From an uncultured virus (IMG/VR IMGVR_UViG_3300020179_000022) (lineage: Duplodnaviria > Heunggongvirae > Uroviricota > Caudoviricetes): 64,000 nt of DNA. How positions within the stretch are numbered: the stretch's first letter is position 1; each line of letters opens with the position of its first letter. Shown one piece after another: positions 11,109-25,800 of the stretch. The stretch lies in the IMG/VR virus record IMGVR_UViG_3300020179_000022. The stretch is one strand, 5' to 3'. The notes beneath the pieces were generated by a model. The model was not told the origin of the DNA, ran no database searches, and saw only the letters and a program-made list of their open reading frames with translations. A program made the translations under genes and the position numbers.

Positions 11109-13877
11109 ATGGCTTCATTCACAGATGTAATACCCCAGTTTAACCCATACATTCAACAGCTTCCTGTTGAAGCAATGGTTCAGGTTGGTATGGAGAAGCA
11201 ACAACGCTACGATCAAGGGATACAAAGAATCCAATCACAGATAGATCAAGTTGCAGGACTGTCTCTTTACAGAGATGCAGATAAGCAGCAATTGCAATCT
11301 AAGCTGAATGAACTTGGGGCAAAGCTAAAGACTGTTGCAGCAGCAGACTTTTCTAACTATCAGTTAGTAAACTCTGTAGCAGGAATGGCTAGTACTATTA
11401 TGAAAGATCCAATACTCATTGCTGGTGTTCAGTCTACACAAAACATTAAGAACAACGAGAAACTCATAGAGGAAGCCAGACAGAAAGGTGAGCTCACTCC
11501 TGATAACTTAGACTTTTATAATAAGAAACTTGCAGCCTATGACAATGCTGGACTATTTGATGAGAGAGGTAAGCCTATAGTTTTCAATTCTAAATATGAT
11601 CCTTTTTTTGATATTGATAAATTTGCAAGAGAAACTTTTGATGCTGTAAAGCCAGATAACTACACTTATGATGAAGTCTTTCAAAAAGATGACAAGGGTA
11701 ACACTGTCTATTCTCCTATAATGACTAGGCTGAAGAAAGAAGGTAGATTTCCTAAAAAAGTTAGAGAAACTATTGATCAAATATTTTCAAACCCAAGAGT
11801 TTCAAAACAACTTCAAATCACTGGAGAATATAATTATAAAGGGTATTCTCCTGAAATGATGAAACAAAAAATAATCAATCAAGAAAGTGCTTTTATTCAA
11901 GCTCAAAACTTTCAGATTGCTGAACTTGCTCTTATGAAAAATGGGGCAACTGATGAACAGAAAAAACAAATTGATGATCAAATAAGAAATATTGAAAACT
12001 TTATATCTAAAAATAGAGAACAATATAATAAGTTAAAAGAAGCAGCTGATTCAAATCCTGATGCAGTGAGAGGTTACTTCCATGAAGATGATGTAAGGAA
12101 CAGATACACAACTATGTTTGGTTACGAAAACATCATTGAAGAAAAGATGTCAAATCCTGGTTGGGAAGCTAATTATAAAATGCAACAAGCAGCCTTTGAA
12201 AGACAGAAATTTTATACACAGCTTGATTTTGAAAAGCAAAAACATAAAGATAACATGTTGATCAAAGAGCTCGAACTTGCACAGCAGTCTGTTAAGAATG
12301 CTGGTGGAGATTGGGAGCTTTCTAACATGCCAGCAGACTTTGATATAGTAGCCACCTTTGAAAAAGACTATGACAGAGCTTCTGATAACTTTGTAACTTC
12401 ATCAAAAGGGTTTATATGGGATGCTATTTATTCACAAATGGGTGATAATGAAGCAAGATTCCAAAAACTAATTGATTCAGGAAATAGCAGAGAAAAAGCT
12501 ATTGACATCATCTTAAAACAAGATGCTAAGAAACAAGGAATGGATGATGTTGAATTTGTAACTACTTGGGGTAACAAAGCTGTTCAAGAAATTAATCGTT
12601 CAGGTGGAATTGTTCGAGATGATTTATTAGCTTCTTATAATTCATATACATCTGCTAAGAAAGGTTATGAGGATTTAGGAGTGGTGAAAAGTCAAGTGGA
12701 TGCAGTGACTGCTTCTCAGACTGATCAAAGTATTTTGAAACTATTGAGTGGTGATGAAATTAAACCACAAATAATTAAATTCAGAGGAAAGGATGTACAA
12801 TTAAGTAAAGAAGATATTGTCGATCTTGGAGTATATGCTCGTGGGAATAAACATGTATTTGGCTTCACCATAGATGATGGAGCTATACAGGCTGCTGATG
12901 CTGCTTACAAAAGACTTGAAAGAAATGGAAAGGCTTATCTAGCAGACTATGTAATGAGAAATGCAAACATTGGAGATAATAATGTTCTTTCACAAGTTGG
13001 AGAGTTTTTTGGAGCACCTGGAATGTTTAACATAGTAGGTGCTATAAGTAAAACTGCTAGACAAATTGCATCCCCAATTGAAACATTTAGAGATGATTGG
13101 AATGCAGCAGTTGGTGATACAGTCTTTGACTTTTCACAAATTGAAAAAGTGTTTGATGGAATTAATAATGATCAGTATTCACAAGCACTTTCTACAAAAG
13201 CTGAAGTGTTGAGAAATGTTTATGATGTTAATTCTAATTTGAAAGCTTCACTACTCACTGGTAATGCTGAAGCTGATAGAAGTATATTAGGTAATGTCAA
13301 AAGATTAGCAGGAGCCTATGCAGCAGCTGGTCAAAATGCAAGTGGTACATTTGATGATTTTTCATCGTTAGTTGGTGGTATAACTGATTCAAAAGACTTA
13401 AATTTAGAAGTTGAAGCATACGATGCTGGTGGCGGACAATCACAGTTTGTGATTACAGCTTATGGAGAAGGTAATAAAAAATCTAGCATGGTTATCCAAG
13501 CAGACGAAGCTTCTAGATTTGGTTTAGTCAATCCTTACGTTAGTAATTCTGTATCGATTCTTCAGAGTAGAATTAACTCTAGAGGTGGTAAAACATCATA
13601 TGGAAATCCTAACAACAAGGATACTTATATTATTGGAGATTCATACTTCCAAAAATCAACAGGAGATTTTCCAATGCTGATAAATTCTCCGTATAATGTG
13701 ATGGCAAACATAACTAATTCAAACGGTATGTACTATGGTAAAATATTCGCACAAGATCCAGCCACTGGAAAAAGTGCTGATGTCTTTACTACGCCTCCAG
13801 CAGATCTAGAAACAATTTACAATTCATTAAGATCATTGGACAACAACTTTGTAAGATCATTAATTTCGAATAAATAG
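11109..13877 (+). CDS. Putative internal virion (cargo/ejection) protein
   Basis: 922 aa. N-terminal FNPYIQQLPVE followed by a helical region. Directly upstream of the vRNAP, as in crAss-like genomes. Confidence 0.5.
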   Translation: MASFTDVIPQFNPYIQQLPVEAMVQVGMEKQQRYDQGIQRIQSQIDQVAGLSLYRDADKQQLQSKLNELGAKLKTVAAADFSNYQLVNSVAGMASTIMKDPILIAGVQSTQNIKNNEKLIEEARQKGELTPDNLDFYNKKLAAYDNAGLFDERGKPIVFNSKYDPFFDIDKFARETFDAVKPDNYTYDEVFQKDDKGNTVYSPIMTRLKKEGRFPKKVRETIDQIFSNPRVSKQLQITGEYNYKGYSPEMMKQKIINQESAFIQAQNFQIAELALMKNGATDEQKKQIDDQIRNIENFISKNREQYNKLKEAADSNPDAVRGYFHEDDVRNRYTTMFGYENIIEEKMSNPGWEANYKMQQAAFERQKFYTQLDFEKQKHKDNMLIKELELAQQSVKNAGGDWELSNMPADFDIVATFEKDYDRASDNFVTSSKGFIWDAIYSQMGDNEARFQKLIDSGNSREKAIDIILKQDAKKQGMDDVEFVTTWGNKAVQEINRSGGIVRDDLLASYNSYTSAKKGYEDLGVVKSQVDAVTASQTDQSILKLLSGDEIKPQIIKFRGKDVQLSKEDIVDLGVYARGNKHVFGFTIDDGAIQAADAAYKRLERNGKAYLADYVMRNANIGDNNVLSQVGEFFGAPGMFNIVGAISKTARQIASPIETFRDDWNAAVGDTVFDFSQIEKVFDGINNDQYSQALSTKAEVLRNVYDVNSNLKASLLTGNAEADRSILGNVKRLAGAYAAAGQNASGTFDDFSSLVGGITDSKDLNLEVEAYDAGGGQSQFVITAYGEGNKKSSMVIQADEASRFGLVNPYVSNSVSILQSRINSRGGKTSYGNPNNKDTYIIGDSYFQKSTGDFPMLINSPYNVMANITNSNGMYYGKIFAQDPATGKSADVFTTPPADLETIYNSLRSLDNNFVRSLISNK

Positions 13878-13882
13878 TAATA

Positions 13883-16800
13883 ATGGAAGAAGAAAGAATT
13901 GTAAATCTTGGAGGGGTGAATCAACCCATTCCATCGCCTGGTACTTTACAAAATCCTGGTAATCAAATTCCTGGAAATTCTCCTTCCCCTAGAGATATGT
14001 TTCTAGGAATAATGAAGCAGAACCAGTCAACTAGTGTTGCTCCTATCCCAACATCTTCTTTCTACACTGGTAAGAGATTTGAAGAAACTAGACCATTCAC
14101 TGACTATGAAGAGATGGCTGCTCAACAGCAATCTACTTTTGATCAGTATAGAAATGGTCTTGGTAAAATGGTTGGTCTTGCAGCAACATCATTTGTTTCT
14201 GGTACAGCAGGTTTACTTTACGGAATTGGATCAGCAGCTTCTACATTAAAGTTTTCAAATCTTTATGACAATCCTGTTACAAGACTTATGGATCAAGCCC
14301 AGTCTGGTATGGAGGATTATTTACCAAACTATTATACTAAAGCAGAACAAGATGCTGAATGGTGGTCTCCAGATAACTGGTATACAGCAAACTTTTGGGG
14401 AGACAAGGTTTTTAAAAATATTGGTTATGGTATAGGTTCAATTTATGGAGGTGCTGCTTGGACAAAAGTTTTTAAATTAATAGGGCAAGCAAATAGTCTT
14501 GTTAGAGCAGGTAAAGGAATGGAAGCTGCTGCTAATATCGAGAAGGCTATGCAGATTGTACCTAAGACACAAAAACTATCTGCAATAGAGAATACATTAG
14601 CAAACCTTTCACAAGGTACTAAAGACATTATAAGAAATAATGGTGATAGATTCTTAACTTCTGCAATGGGTACTTTTGGAGAATCTTCGATTGAAGCTCT
14701 TCAGAAGATGAATGAGTTCAGAAATTCTGCTATACAAGAATATAAGAATAAATTTGGATATGCCCCAGAGGGAGAAGACCTTAATGAGATAAATGCTTTT
14801 GCTGAAAAAATAGGTAATTATGTATGGGGAATGGGCACTATTCTTCTTACAGGATCAAACTACATTCAACTTCCTAAAATCTTAGGTTCTTCTAGAAAAG
14901 TTGAGAAAGCATACATAAATAAAATTGCACAAGAAGGGTTAGGAAAGGAATTTGCTGAACAGCTTCCAAAAACAAGATTTGGAAAATTAGTTGACACTGC
15001 AACAGGTCTTAGTAGATTCTTAGTTTCTCCAACAGAAGCTTTTGAAGAAGGGATGCAGTTTGCTATTGCCACAGGAGTTGATGATTATTTTGACAGAGCA
15101 TACAAGAATAAAGAAGAGCTTGGTACATTCCTAGAAACTGTCTATGGTGCTATGGGAAATGTATTTGGAGAAGGCATTGATAAAACTCTAAGTACAAAAG
15201 AAGGCATTGAAAGTATAATTATTGGCTCTCTTGCTGGAGGCATTCAGCAGGCACCTATGTCTATTTATAGAGAAGGTCTCACTGGTAGAGGTGGAGTCAA
15301 AGCTAGGAATACAGCTATAGCTATACAAGAATTAAACAAGAGAAATATTGATTCTGCTTTGAAAGAACAAGCAGACTTCATGGCTATTGGTATAGGTTCT
15401 CAATCAATGAGACAACAAGCAATAGAGAACAATGATATTCTTTCAGAAAAAGATTACGAGAAAGATTTTACACTATCCTACTTGATGCCTCGTGCTAAGT
15501 ATGGTAAGATGGACAGTGTCTATAACGAGCTTGACTACTATAAGCAGCAGGCTCTTATGGGTGGATTCGAAGAGTTACAGAGTGCGGGTATTGCATTTGA
15601 TGGAGAAACCAAAGAACAATTCATACAAAGAATTGGTAATCTAGAAAATACTGCTAAGGCTGTTGATAAACATTACGAAAACATTAATCTCAACTATGCA
15701 GGTGAAGTACAAACTGATGAAGAGGGAAATGTTGTAAAGGATGCAAAAGGTAATCCACTTAGAAAATATTCTCCTATAGTAGTCGACAAACTTGTTTATG
15801 CAGCAAGTAAGATTGATGATTATTCTCTAAGAATACCAGCTGTGAATGCTGAGCTTGCAAAAGCTAACATACCAACTGTTAACATCTTACAGGAAATTCT
15901 TGAAAACAACAAACCAAATAAAGAGTCTGTAAAAGAAGCTTTGGATCAGATTAACGCAATGGACGTTACTAATGATGTTAAAGATGATTTAAAAAGATCT
16001 CTTTCTGATGTTATTGAATTGTCATTGAGAAGAAAACTCTTCATAAACCAATACAATGATATTAAACAGAAGCCATTGAACTACAGCTATGTTAGTACAT
16101 CTGAAAGAGTTCGTGAGATGGGAACTGTTGAGGTGACTCAGAAAGAAGGTAGAAAAAGTGTAAGTAAACCATTTCAAGTGGGCCAAGAGTATTCTCTAGC
16201 TGAGCCTATTAGACTTGATAATGGTAAACTAGTTCTTGCTCCTAAGATTACAATACTTTCTGAAACACTGGGTGGTGAGTTTGAGGTGAGACTTCCTGAT
16301 GGCAGAGAAGTATTTCTCCCACCCTTAGAATTTAAAACATACAACATCACTGAAGAAGACAATACATCTCAAGAGCTTGAGGATATATTAAATCAGTCTA
16401 TTGATGAGGTGTTTGAATATCCTGCATTCAGAGATGTTTTTCAGAAGCCAGCAGAAGGTTTAAATAAACTTGAATATGTAAACTCCATTGGTGATCAAAA
16501 ATTCACCAAAGCTGTATTAAACAGATTTAACAGACTTGCTAAAGATCTTCTTGAGAAACAAGCTAAAGCAAAAGAAATAGCTGACAGAATCAAAGAAGCT
16601 AAATCTTCTCTTGACAAACAACAAGAAGAAATCTCTGCTAGCCAAACATTCCCTGTAGGCACTCTTCCAGAAGATGCTGGAGAAAGAGTTGACACAGGTG
16701 AAACTGGTAAGATGAAAGCTGCTGTAGAATTCTTTGACTCTAGTACTACAGAGTCTGAAGAATTTGAAGATCTTACAAAGTCTCAACCTCATGTAGTTAG

Positions 16801-19800
16801 ATCAAGAGTGTTCTTGAATAACGCTAGAAAGTTTAAGAATAGAAATAAACTTAGAGCAATTGTATTCACATACAACCAAGAAGAATCTCTTGGCTTGTCT
16901 GGTGTTACAGCTTTGTCATTTAAAATGACACAAGAACAAATTGATGCTGATAAAGCTGCTTTTGAAACCAAAGTCACGAATAAGGACAATGGATTTGTAG
17001 GAATGGTGTTTGTTGAGCTTGATGGTAAGAAGCGATACTTTGTAGATCAAGATGGAAAACGCATTGGTGAGGTGGGTCAACAAGTTGATCTTGGTAAGGT
17101 GGTATTTCAAACTATGCCTAGCACATCCATCACTAATAGTAGAGGAAATGATAGATATAGAAAAGACGAGAAAGATAGTTTTGTAAGATTTGCGCAAGTT
17201 TGGAGAAACAGACGTGTAGAGCTAATGAAGCCTTCTACAGTTCCTCCAACTCTCGAATTCAGAATCTCAGCAGGTATTCCTGTTTCTCAAAAGGAGGGTG
17301 ACGTATATAAGAAGAATGCTGTCACTAGCAATCTAGTTGATGAAACTGCAATAGCAACCATCCCAGGACTTGTTAATGTTGTTACCACTGATACTATTCA
17401 ACACAATGGTAGAATTGTAAATTCTAAAAAGGGATATGTCTACATTCAAAGTGGAGACCTTCTTCAATATCTAAACAACAACAAGCTTGGTAAGAAAAAA
17501 GCCACTACAATGTATGAGGTTATCAAGTCTGCTGTAACAAGACTTGAGAAAGATGCTAGTGAAGGAAAAGCTCCTAAGTTTAACACTAACGAGCTGCTAT
17601 TTATAAATAACGTTCTTAATTTAAAAAATCCTAAAGGAGAGCTAAAAGATAATCAGATATGGTTTGATTTAGATAACCTTGCTGTTAAGCTTGGTAAACA
17701 AACATTTAAGTTCTCAGAACTAGCCTCCAAAGAACAAGAGATTATTGAACAGCTTTCTGAAATGTATCACTCTGCAAATGCTAAAACATTGCGAAGTGAA
17801 AGTTCATTCTTTGAATACTTCTTTGAAGATGGAAAGCTACAGGAAAGAGAATGGAAGAACTATCAGTCCTACCTTGTGTCTGGAAAAGACAGAGCTGTAT
17901 CTGATATTCCATTTGTAACTATTGCAAATCCAACAGCCGCACAACCTTATGCGTTTGCAGGTAAGTATGCTACACTAGTCAACTTTGAGACTGGTGATGA
18001 AGGATATGTACCAAGTGAGAAAGAACAAGAGCCTCCTAAACCCTCTAAGTCAGGAGCATCAACAAAACCATCTGATGTAATTGAATCTGACGTTCCTGTT
18101 GTAGTGAAGTTGACTAACAAAGAAGGAGAAGAATTTACTGTCAGTCTTAATGATGGTGGTGTGAACACCATTCCTATGTTTGGTGGTGATTTTACTTTTA
18201 AGGCTAACATTCTACCAACTGGTGAAATAGAAATTGACACAATTTCTCCAGAGACTAATGCAGAAACAATTCAGAAGTTTGCTAATGTTCCTGCTAAGAT
18301 GGCAGTTGCTAGAAAGAAATATCCTACAGCAACAGAAGGATTGAATGATATTGATGCAGCTACAGTGTTCTACATTGGTGAAGCAGCAGCTAAGGTGGAG
18401 GCTGCAATTAATGAAGGACAAGCTCAAGCCCCTGCTGCTCCAGTAGCTCCTGTAGTTTCTGATATAGAAGCTAAGAAAGCTGATATAGAAAGAAGAAGAA
18501 AGGATGAAATTAAAGAAAGAGCTCCTTATGTTTTAACAAAAGATTACTTTGAGGGAGATAATGATACAATAGCCACATTAACTTTTACAAGTAACGTAGA
18601 CAAAACATATGCCTATAAGCAATCAGGAGTAAGCATATCTCAAGATGAATTAAGGAATGACTCAAGACTCTCGAATATAACTAAAGAACAGTACGATGCT
18701 GCAATAGAAGCTCCTGAATTAATAAAAGAAATCAATGCTAAATATGATGCAGAACTAGCTGCTTTAGAAGAGGCTAAGCCTGCTGAACAACCTGTTGAGA
18801 AAAAAGTAACACTTCCTAAAGAAAAGAAAGGACTATCAGGACTTAAGTCTGGTGTTCAGGATGAAGAAACTAGAAGGGTAAGAACTGGTGAGCCTGGTGA
18901 GAGAATCTCTGGTAGAGACATTGAAGCATTTAAAGCTTGGCATGCAAAGAATGCTAAGAATATTCCTTTTGAGATTCTTGACAACATCATCACGCTACAT
19001 GATGGATCTAAAGCATGGGGTTTGTTTGAAGAGGGAGTTGCTAAGTTCTTCAAGCGTGGTTTGAGAGGTACAGAATATCACGAAGTGTTTGAAGGTATAT
19101 GGAAAGCCTTCTTAACACAAGGTGAGAGACAAGCTATTCTTGATGAGTTCAAAGCTAAGCGTGGCAGCTTTCTTGATAGAGAGAGTGGACAACTTATTGC
19201 ATACAGCCAAGCTACAGACAGACAAGCTAAAGAACGTATTGCTGATGACTTTGCTGACTACAGGCTAGGAAAGCTTCCAGCTAGAACATTGTCTGAGAAG
19301 ATTAGAAACTTCTTCAAGGCTATTGTTGAGTTCTTCAAAACCTTTGTTGCAAAGCCATCTTTGAAAGATGATTTGTTTAAGTCCATTGACACAGGTAAGT
19401 TTGCAGAATACGTTGTTTCAGAAGAAGCTAAATCCGCAGCTCCTGAATATAGAAAGATATACTCATCAGATGGTAGTGTGATATCTGAAGATCAGGCTTG
19501 GGCGATTGTTCAAGACATGACAATCACCATGTCTCAATACATCTTCAATAGAAACAACACTGATGGATTAGAGAAGCTGTTCAATCCACTAGCCACCACT
19601 GGTAAAGATATATACAACTTTCTAAGAAAAAGATATGCTGAGAACATAGAGATTCTTGGTGAACAAGCTTTCCAAGATTTGTTCTTGAGATCAAAAGATT
19701 TGATTAGAACAATGGGCATCAATGTTGACATCGATGGTGTTGTTAGTACAAACGATGCTAATCAAAACAACAGACTGTATGCTCCTGAAGCATTTGAAGT

Positions 19801-22800
19801 TGATTTCCAGAAGAACATGAGATTCGCTGTAAAGTTTGCATTAGCTACTAATCCAGCAGCTGAAACAATCTATTCAGAAGGAAAGGCTCCAGAGCTTTTG
19901 AATTCTAAGGTATTGAAAGGATTCAAACTTCTCAACAACTTCAATAAGTCTTTTGCAACAATACTAAACAAGCTTTCAAATACAAGCTTGCAAAAAGTTG
20001 ATAAGAAGCTTATTGAACTTATTAAAGAAGATGGTAACTACTATAGAATCTTTAACAGACTTGGTGGTGATGCTAATAATGGAATCCTTGATTATAGCAG
20101 CTTCAACACTACTGATTGGAGATTCTATGTTCAATTTGTTCAAGCATTCTCTAAGAGTAATCCATTTGTTCAATTGGCAATCCAGAGAGTTACAGAAGAT
20201 GGTGTGGAATCATTCACTGCTCCTGGTGACAGAACCTCTGCTTTGAATAAAACAAGAAATGAGTGGTTCCAAAATATAAAAGAGCTTTCTAAATCAGACT
20301 CATCGTTTATCATTAAAACAAAAAATGAGAAGGGTACACCAATTTATGCAATTGATAATAAGAACAAAAACTACCCACCTAAGCAAAGTCTTCTTGAGCC
20401 ACAGCGTGTACAAAACTATCTAAAGAACATAGGCATTGAGTTTCCATTGAGCTTCATTGAGAAGATTAATACTAATGAGAAACAGAAAAAAGCATTTGAT
20501 AATGCTGTAACAAAGATTTATGAGTTTGGTCCAAAAGGATATGCTATGTTATCTGGAGAAAAGTTCTCTGAGGTAGACTCGCATGTTAGATCCCTAGCAG
20601 ATATGTATGTTAGACTAACTAATCCTGACCAAGACACCACTAGATTAAACATAGATAACGAACGTACCAACAACTTCTCAGATAGCAATGCTCCTTCTGT
20701 ATTTGAAGCAGAGTTCAATGAGTCAATGACTCTTGATGAACTATTCAATACAAGACCAGAGCTAAGAGATGTATTTGCAAAGAACAGCTTATTGATTCAG
20801 AAGGATGGAATGTTCTTTGATCAAGATGGTAATAAGATTGATGGTAAGAACATAAAGATTGGTGTAATAGATGGTTTGAGAAATGAGATTAGTGATAGAG
20901 GATTGTCCATGTCATCCTTGACAAAAGGTGATAGATTCACTGTTGAAATCAACGAGAACATCAATGGTAACTATTACATTCTAATCCCAGCAGATTCTTC
21001 AACAGAAAGAATGCTACAACTAGGAAGAATAGTTGAGTATGACTTATTCAATCAAGGTGCTGATAGAGCGTTTACACGAGCTAAGAAAATCTTTAAAGGA
21101 TATTTAGAAGATGAAATCAACTTGGCTCTTGACTGGGAGACTAGATCAAAGGTTGCTGCTACAGCAAAGAATGCTAAAGAACTTAGATTCTTTAAAGATA
21201 TTCTTGAACAATCTTTAGTTGATGATATTCACAATGCTATTGCTGAAGGACAATCAACAGAGGGTATTCTTGCTCTTGTAAGTGATGAAGCTCTTGAAGA
21301 GTCTCTTAAGAATACACTCACTAATCTAAATCAATCAACACTAAATGATTTGATTGAAACTGGTGAAGTGGAAAGACTTGGTGAGAACTATTCCTACCAA
21401 ATGTTAGATAGCAACTTTGTTAAAGACAAAAAACTTAATAGAAACTCATTGTCTGAAGAAGAAATGATGCAAGTGCTTTCGTTTGTAAACATGAACTACA
21501 TGATTGCAAACATTGAAATGCACAAGTTCATCTTTGGTGATCCATACCAATTCAAAATCAAAGATGGTAAGTTAGATGAAACTAAGCGTATCAAGTCTTG
21601 GCTATCCCCTAGAAGAGTCACTGTCGACCTACCAGAACAAAATCAAAAGTTCAATGAGGTGTATAACAATCCTACAGAAGACATATCTCTAGATCCAGAT
21701 GATTTATTTCGTTACACATTTAAGTCTTATGTAAAAACTGTTACATTAAACGATGTAAATCCAGCTTCAGAGTTTGTTCAGAAGTTTGAAGGATATGACG
21801 AAGCTGATGGTTTCTCAGTCATGATTGATGGTGCTTACAGAGAAGTGAAGCTTAAGAATGGTGAATGGTCTAACGATCTTGCTGAGCCTTGGTTCCAATG
21901 GAATCAATCTTATGCTAGACAGAAGATGGCTGCTAAAAAATTGTATGAATACAAGAACGAAGCACTAAAAAAACACGATCAAGAAACAATTGCTAAACCA
22001 CAGCCACCATTTGTTACAGAGGTGTTGAAGCCTATTGTATCTGGTTCTAAGTTTGGATTGAACAGAATAGAAGGTGTGCTTGACAAGTTCTCCCAGATGC
22101 CTATTACATACAAGATGGTAGAGGGTACAAACCTTGAGAACTTGTATGTACAAATGTTACAAGAGAAAGTGGGTTATGTTGTTTACAAGTCTGGAAGAAA
22201 AGAAGGTGTTCGTCAAGGACACAGCTTGTATGATGGAAATGGTGATTACAACAACACTCCTTTTGGTGAAGAAACTATTGAGAATGTATCTTGGAAAACT
22301 TATGGTATCCAAGTGGAAAACTCCTACGAAGAAGGTAAACTTCAAACTAGAGGTTCCCAACTTACCAAGAACGATACAATGGACATGTACGACAATGGTA
22401 AGGAAGCTGAAGGTATGGAAGGTGCTTCTGCTCTTGCTGAAGAAAAGATTAAAATCTTCAAAGAAATGCATCAGAATGCATACGAGGAGTTTTTGAATAA
22501 GCTTGGTTTAGAAGATTTGAATGGTAGCTACAAGATTGTAGACCCTGTGAAAATATCTAGATCGCTCGAATATGAATTGCTAAGAAGACAAGCTTCACAA
22601 AACGTAATTGATACAATACGCCTCAATGAAGATGGTCAGTTCATTATGCCATTTGAAGCATCTGCTGCATACGAGCAAATCAGAAGCATTCTCATCTCAA
22701 TGATTAACAAGTCTCTCATCTCTCCACAGATGAATGGTAAGCCTCACGTACAGGTTCCAGCTACACTTTGGGAGAATGCAAAAGCAGGAAGAAAGTTATT

Positions 22801-25800
22801 GAGAAAGACAAAAGATGGCTATGTAAAAATTACTAGAAAGCAATACGATGCTTTGTCTAATGAAGACAAGAAGGGTGTTGTACTTTCTAGCGATGCTCTG
22901 AAGTTCTATGAGAATGAGGATGGTAAGAGATATATGGAAGTGATGATTCCAAACTTCTGGAAGAAGAACTTTCCTGGTAAGACAGATGAGCAAATCCTAG
23001 AATATCTTAATAATAATGAGAACGGAAAGATCTTGTTTGGTGTAGGATTTCGTATTCCTAATCAAGCAACATCTTCTACAGAGGTGTTTAAGGTTAAAGG
23101 TTTCTTAGATCCATCTATGGGATCTACAGTGGTTGTACCTTCTGAGATTGTAGCTAAAGCAGGATCTGACTTTGATATTGATAAGCTTAACATGTACCTT
23201 AAGTCAGTGTACACTGATGCAAATGGAAATGTTAAACTTATAGAATACAAAGGAAGCAAAGAAGCCACAATGGATTTCTTTGCTAAGGTGTACGAAGATC
23301 GTATCCAAAAACAACTTGACAGCATCTCTAGATATGATGAGTTCAGAGACAATGTCCTAGAGATATTTGAGGCTGCTGAGACTATAGAAGATCCATCTAA
23401 CGTAACTGCTGAGTCGTTGGAAAAACTTCTTGGCGAAGACTTGTTTAAATATTACATGGATCACAGAGAAGTGATTAATGAGATGAAAGAACAGGCTTTA
23501 GTAGAAGGAATGAGTCCTGCTGATTATGTTGGTGATCAGATGGGTAGACTTGCAACAAAGTTTGAGAATCTTTCTAAGGAGAAGTTTGATAATAATCTTA
23601 AGAATAAGTATCTACAGAAGATGTACAAGAATTCTTTGGAGAACAGATACTATGAAATTCTTGAGGGACTAGTTACACTTCCTGGAAACTTTGAAAGACT
23701 AATGTCACCAGTTAGTGATGCTGGATTGTCAGAGGTTGCTAACACTCTTGATGAGGCTACAAAAAACAAAGAGGCTGACATTAAGAATAAGCTTATATCA
23801 AGAAGTTTTATGACTTCTTTGAGACAAGCATTTTTGATGGGTAAGAAATGGGTTGGTATTGCAGCTGTCAATATCACAGGACATGCTATTGGTCAGAAGG
23901 TAGGATTGTACTTTGATTCCAGACTAATGAATAATCTTTCTGACTATGACAAAGGATTCTTAGGTGATTTAAGTCTTGCAATCCCTCACAACACTGTAAC
24001 TGTTGATGGTAAAAAGATGATATCTCTGGGTGGAAGAAAAACTGCTGATGGAAAAGATGAATTCATCTCTGATAGACTATCTGGATATGCTACAGCATTT
24101 GTGGACGTTGCAAAAGATCCATACATCCTAAAGCTTATTCAGAGTGACTTGGTTGTTGGTACAGCTATGTTGATGGAGAGAATTGGTGCTGGTGAACTCA
24201 CACCATACTTCTTAAACCAGCCAATGATTATAGAATATCTAAAAACTCTTGATAAGTATAAGAGCAGATCATTGTTTGGAAAAGATAATCTTGATTACAT
24301 ATATGGAAAGTTCGAAACAAAAGCTTCTGATAAGCCTTATAATTTAACAAATGAATTTGTAAAAACTGCTGATGGAAAAATTGATTTTGAAAAGTCAAAA
24401 GAAAACTTATTAAACCTTATTAGAGAGAATGCAAATAGACCAGAAGGTGTTAAAGCATCTAATGAGTTCAATGCTAAACAGGTGGCTGTATTCAATGAGT
24501 TCTTGAGGCTTGCTAAGCTTGCACAGTTGAATTTCAAATTTACACAAGCCTACAACTATGACACTACGAGAGTAACAAACTATGAAGGTTTCAAGAGAAA
24601 GATAACAAGAACTGAAACTGCTAAGCAAGCCAACATTATATCATCTATTGACAAGGTGATGAATGATACCTTCATTGGTGATCAAGTGAAATTGCTTAAA
24701 AAAGAATTAATGTCTTTAGGTGCAATCATGAAGCTTGACTCAGAAGGTATTGATCAATACATGGATGAGGTGATGGAGCCATTCTATGCTGATGAGTATA
24801 TGTCAGCAGATGACTTTAACTATGTGGCTAAGAAGTTGAAGTCTTCTTTCCTAGACTTCTTAATTCAAACTAGATCTACATCTATATTCCCTGATGATAT
24901 TAAAAATCTATTTACAGGAAGCAATAGTGTAGCATCTAGATTATTGAAGCTAAAGGCTAAAGATCCTTCATCTAATCTTCTTTCTAATCTTGTTCCTGTA
25001 AGCTCTGCACAAGAGAATGGACCAACAACAGTTGCTCTTAAGGTGAAGCCTAAAGAAGCTATTGATATAGACAGATATACAGGAATGATGAGAGAGTTGA
25101 AAGAACGAGAGCCAGAGTTCTACAATGACTTGGTTAAGCTTTCTGTTCTACAAGGAACGCTTGAAACCAACTTATCAATCTCGTCAATCATTCCTGTTGA
25201 GGATAGAGCAGCAATCATTGCTCCTGTTATTAATACATTGCAATCATCTTCAGAACTAGAGGTGTTTAATAAAGAAGGTTTGTTCTACAGAAACAATTTC
25301 TCTGATGATAGAATTGTTCCTGAGATTAAACCTAGATATCAAACTGTAGATGCAGGAGTTGGACTACAGATTAACTATCTTAAGACAGATACATTCCTAG
25401 CTTCTCTAGAAAATGGAATAACTCCAGGAAGTGGTAAGTTGGTATCGCTTAACAACAAATACTCATTCATGAATGGAGCTGATAAAGACTTCTTGAAGAT
25501 GAAGAGATATCAGTATGTTAGTGGATTCGCTGGAGGTAACCCAACAACAATTGTTGTTGACATCACTTCTGGAAAACAAATGTCAGTGAAGGACTTCACA
25601 AAACTTACAAATGAAGGCACACTATCTAAGTATGAGATGGTTGGATACAAGAAGGTGAAAAGTGAAGATGATGTTCCATTAACCATTCAGAGAAAAGTGG
25701 GTAAGTCACTTGATGAGTTTAGTGTATTCAAAATGGTTAACTTGTATGGAGCTGGAAGAATTGTAGCTGAGTATCCAAAACTCATGACATCTTCAGCAGT

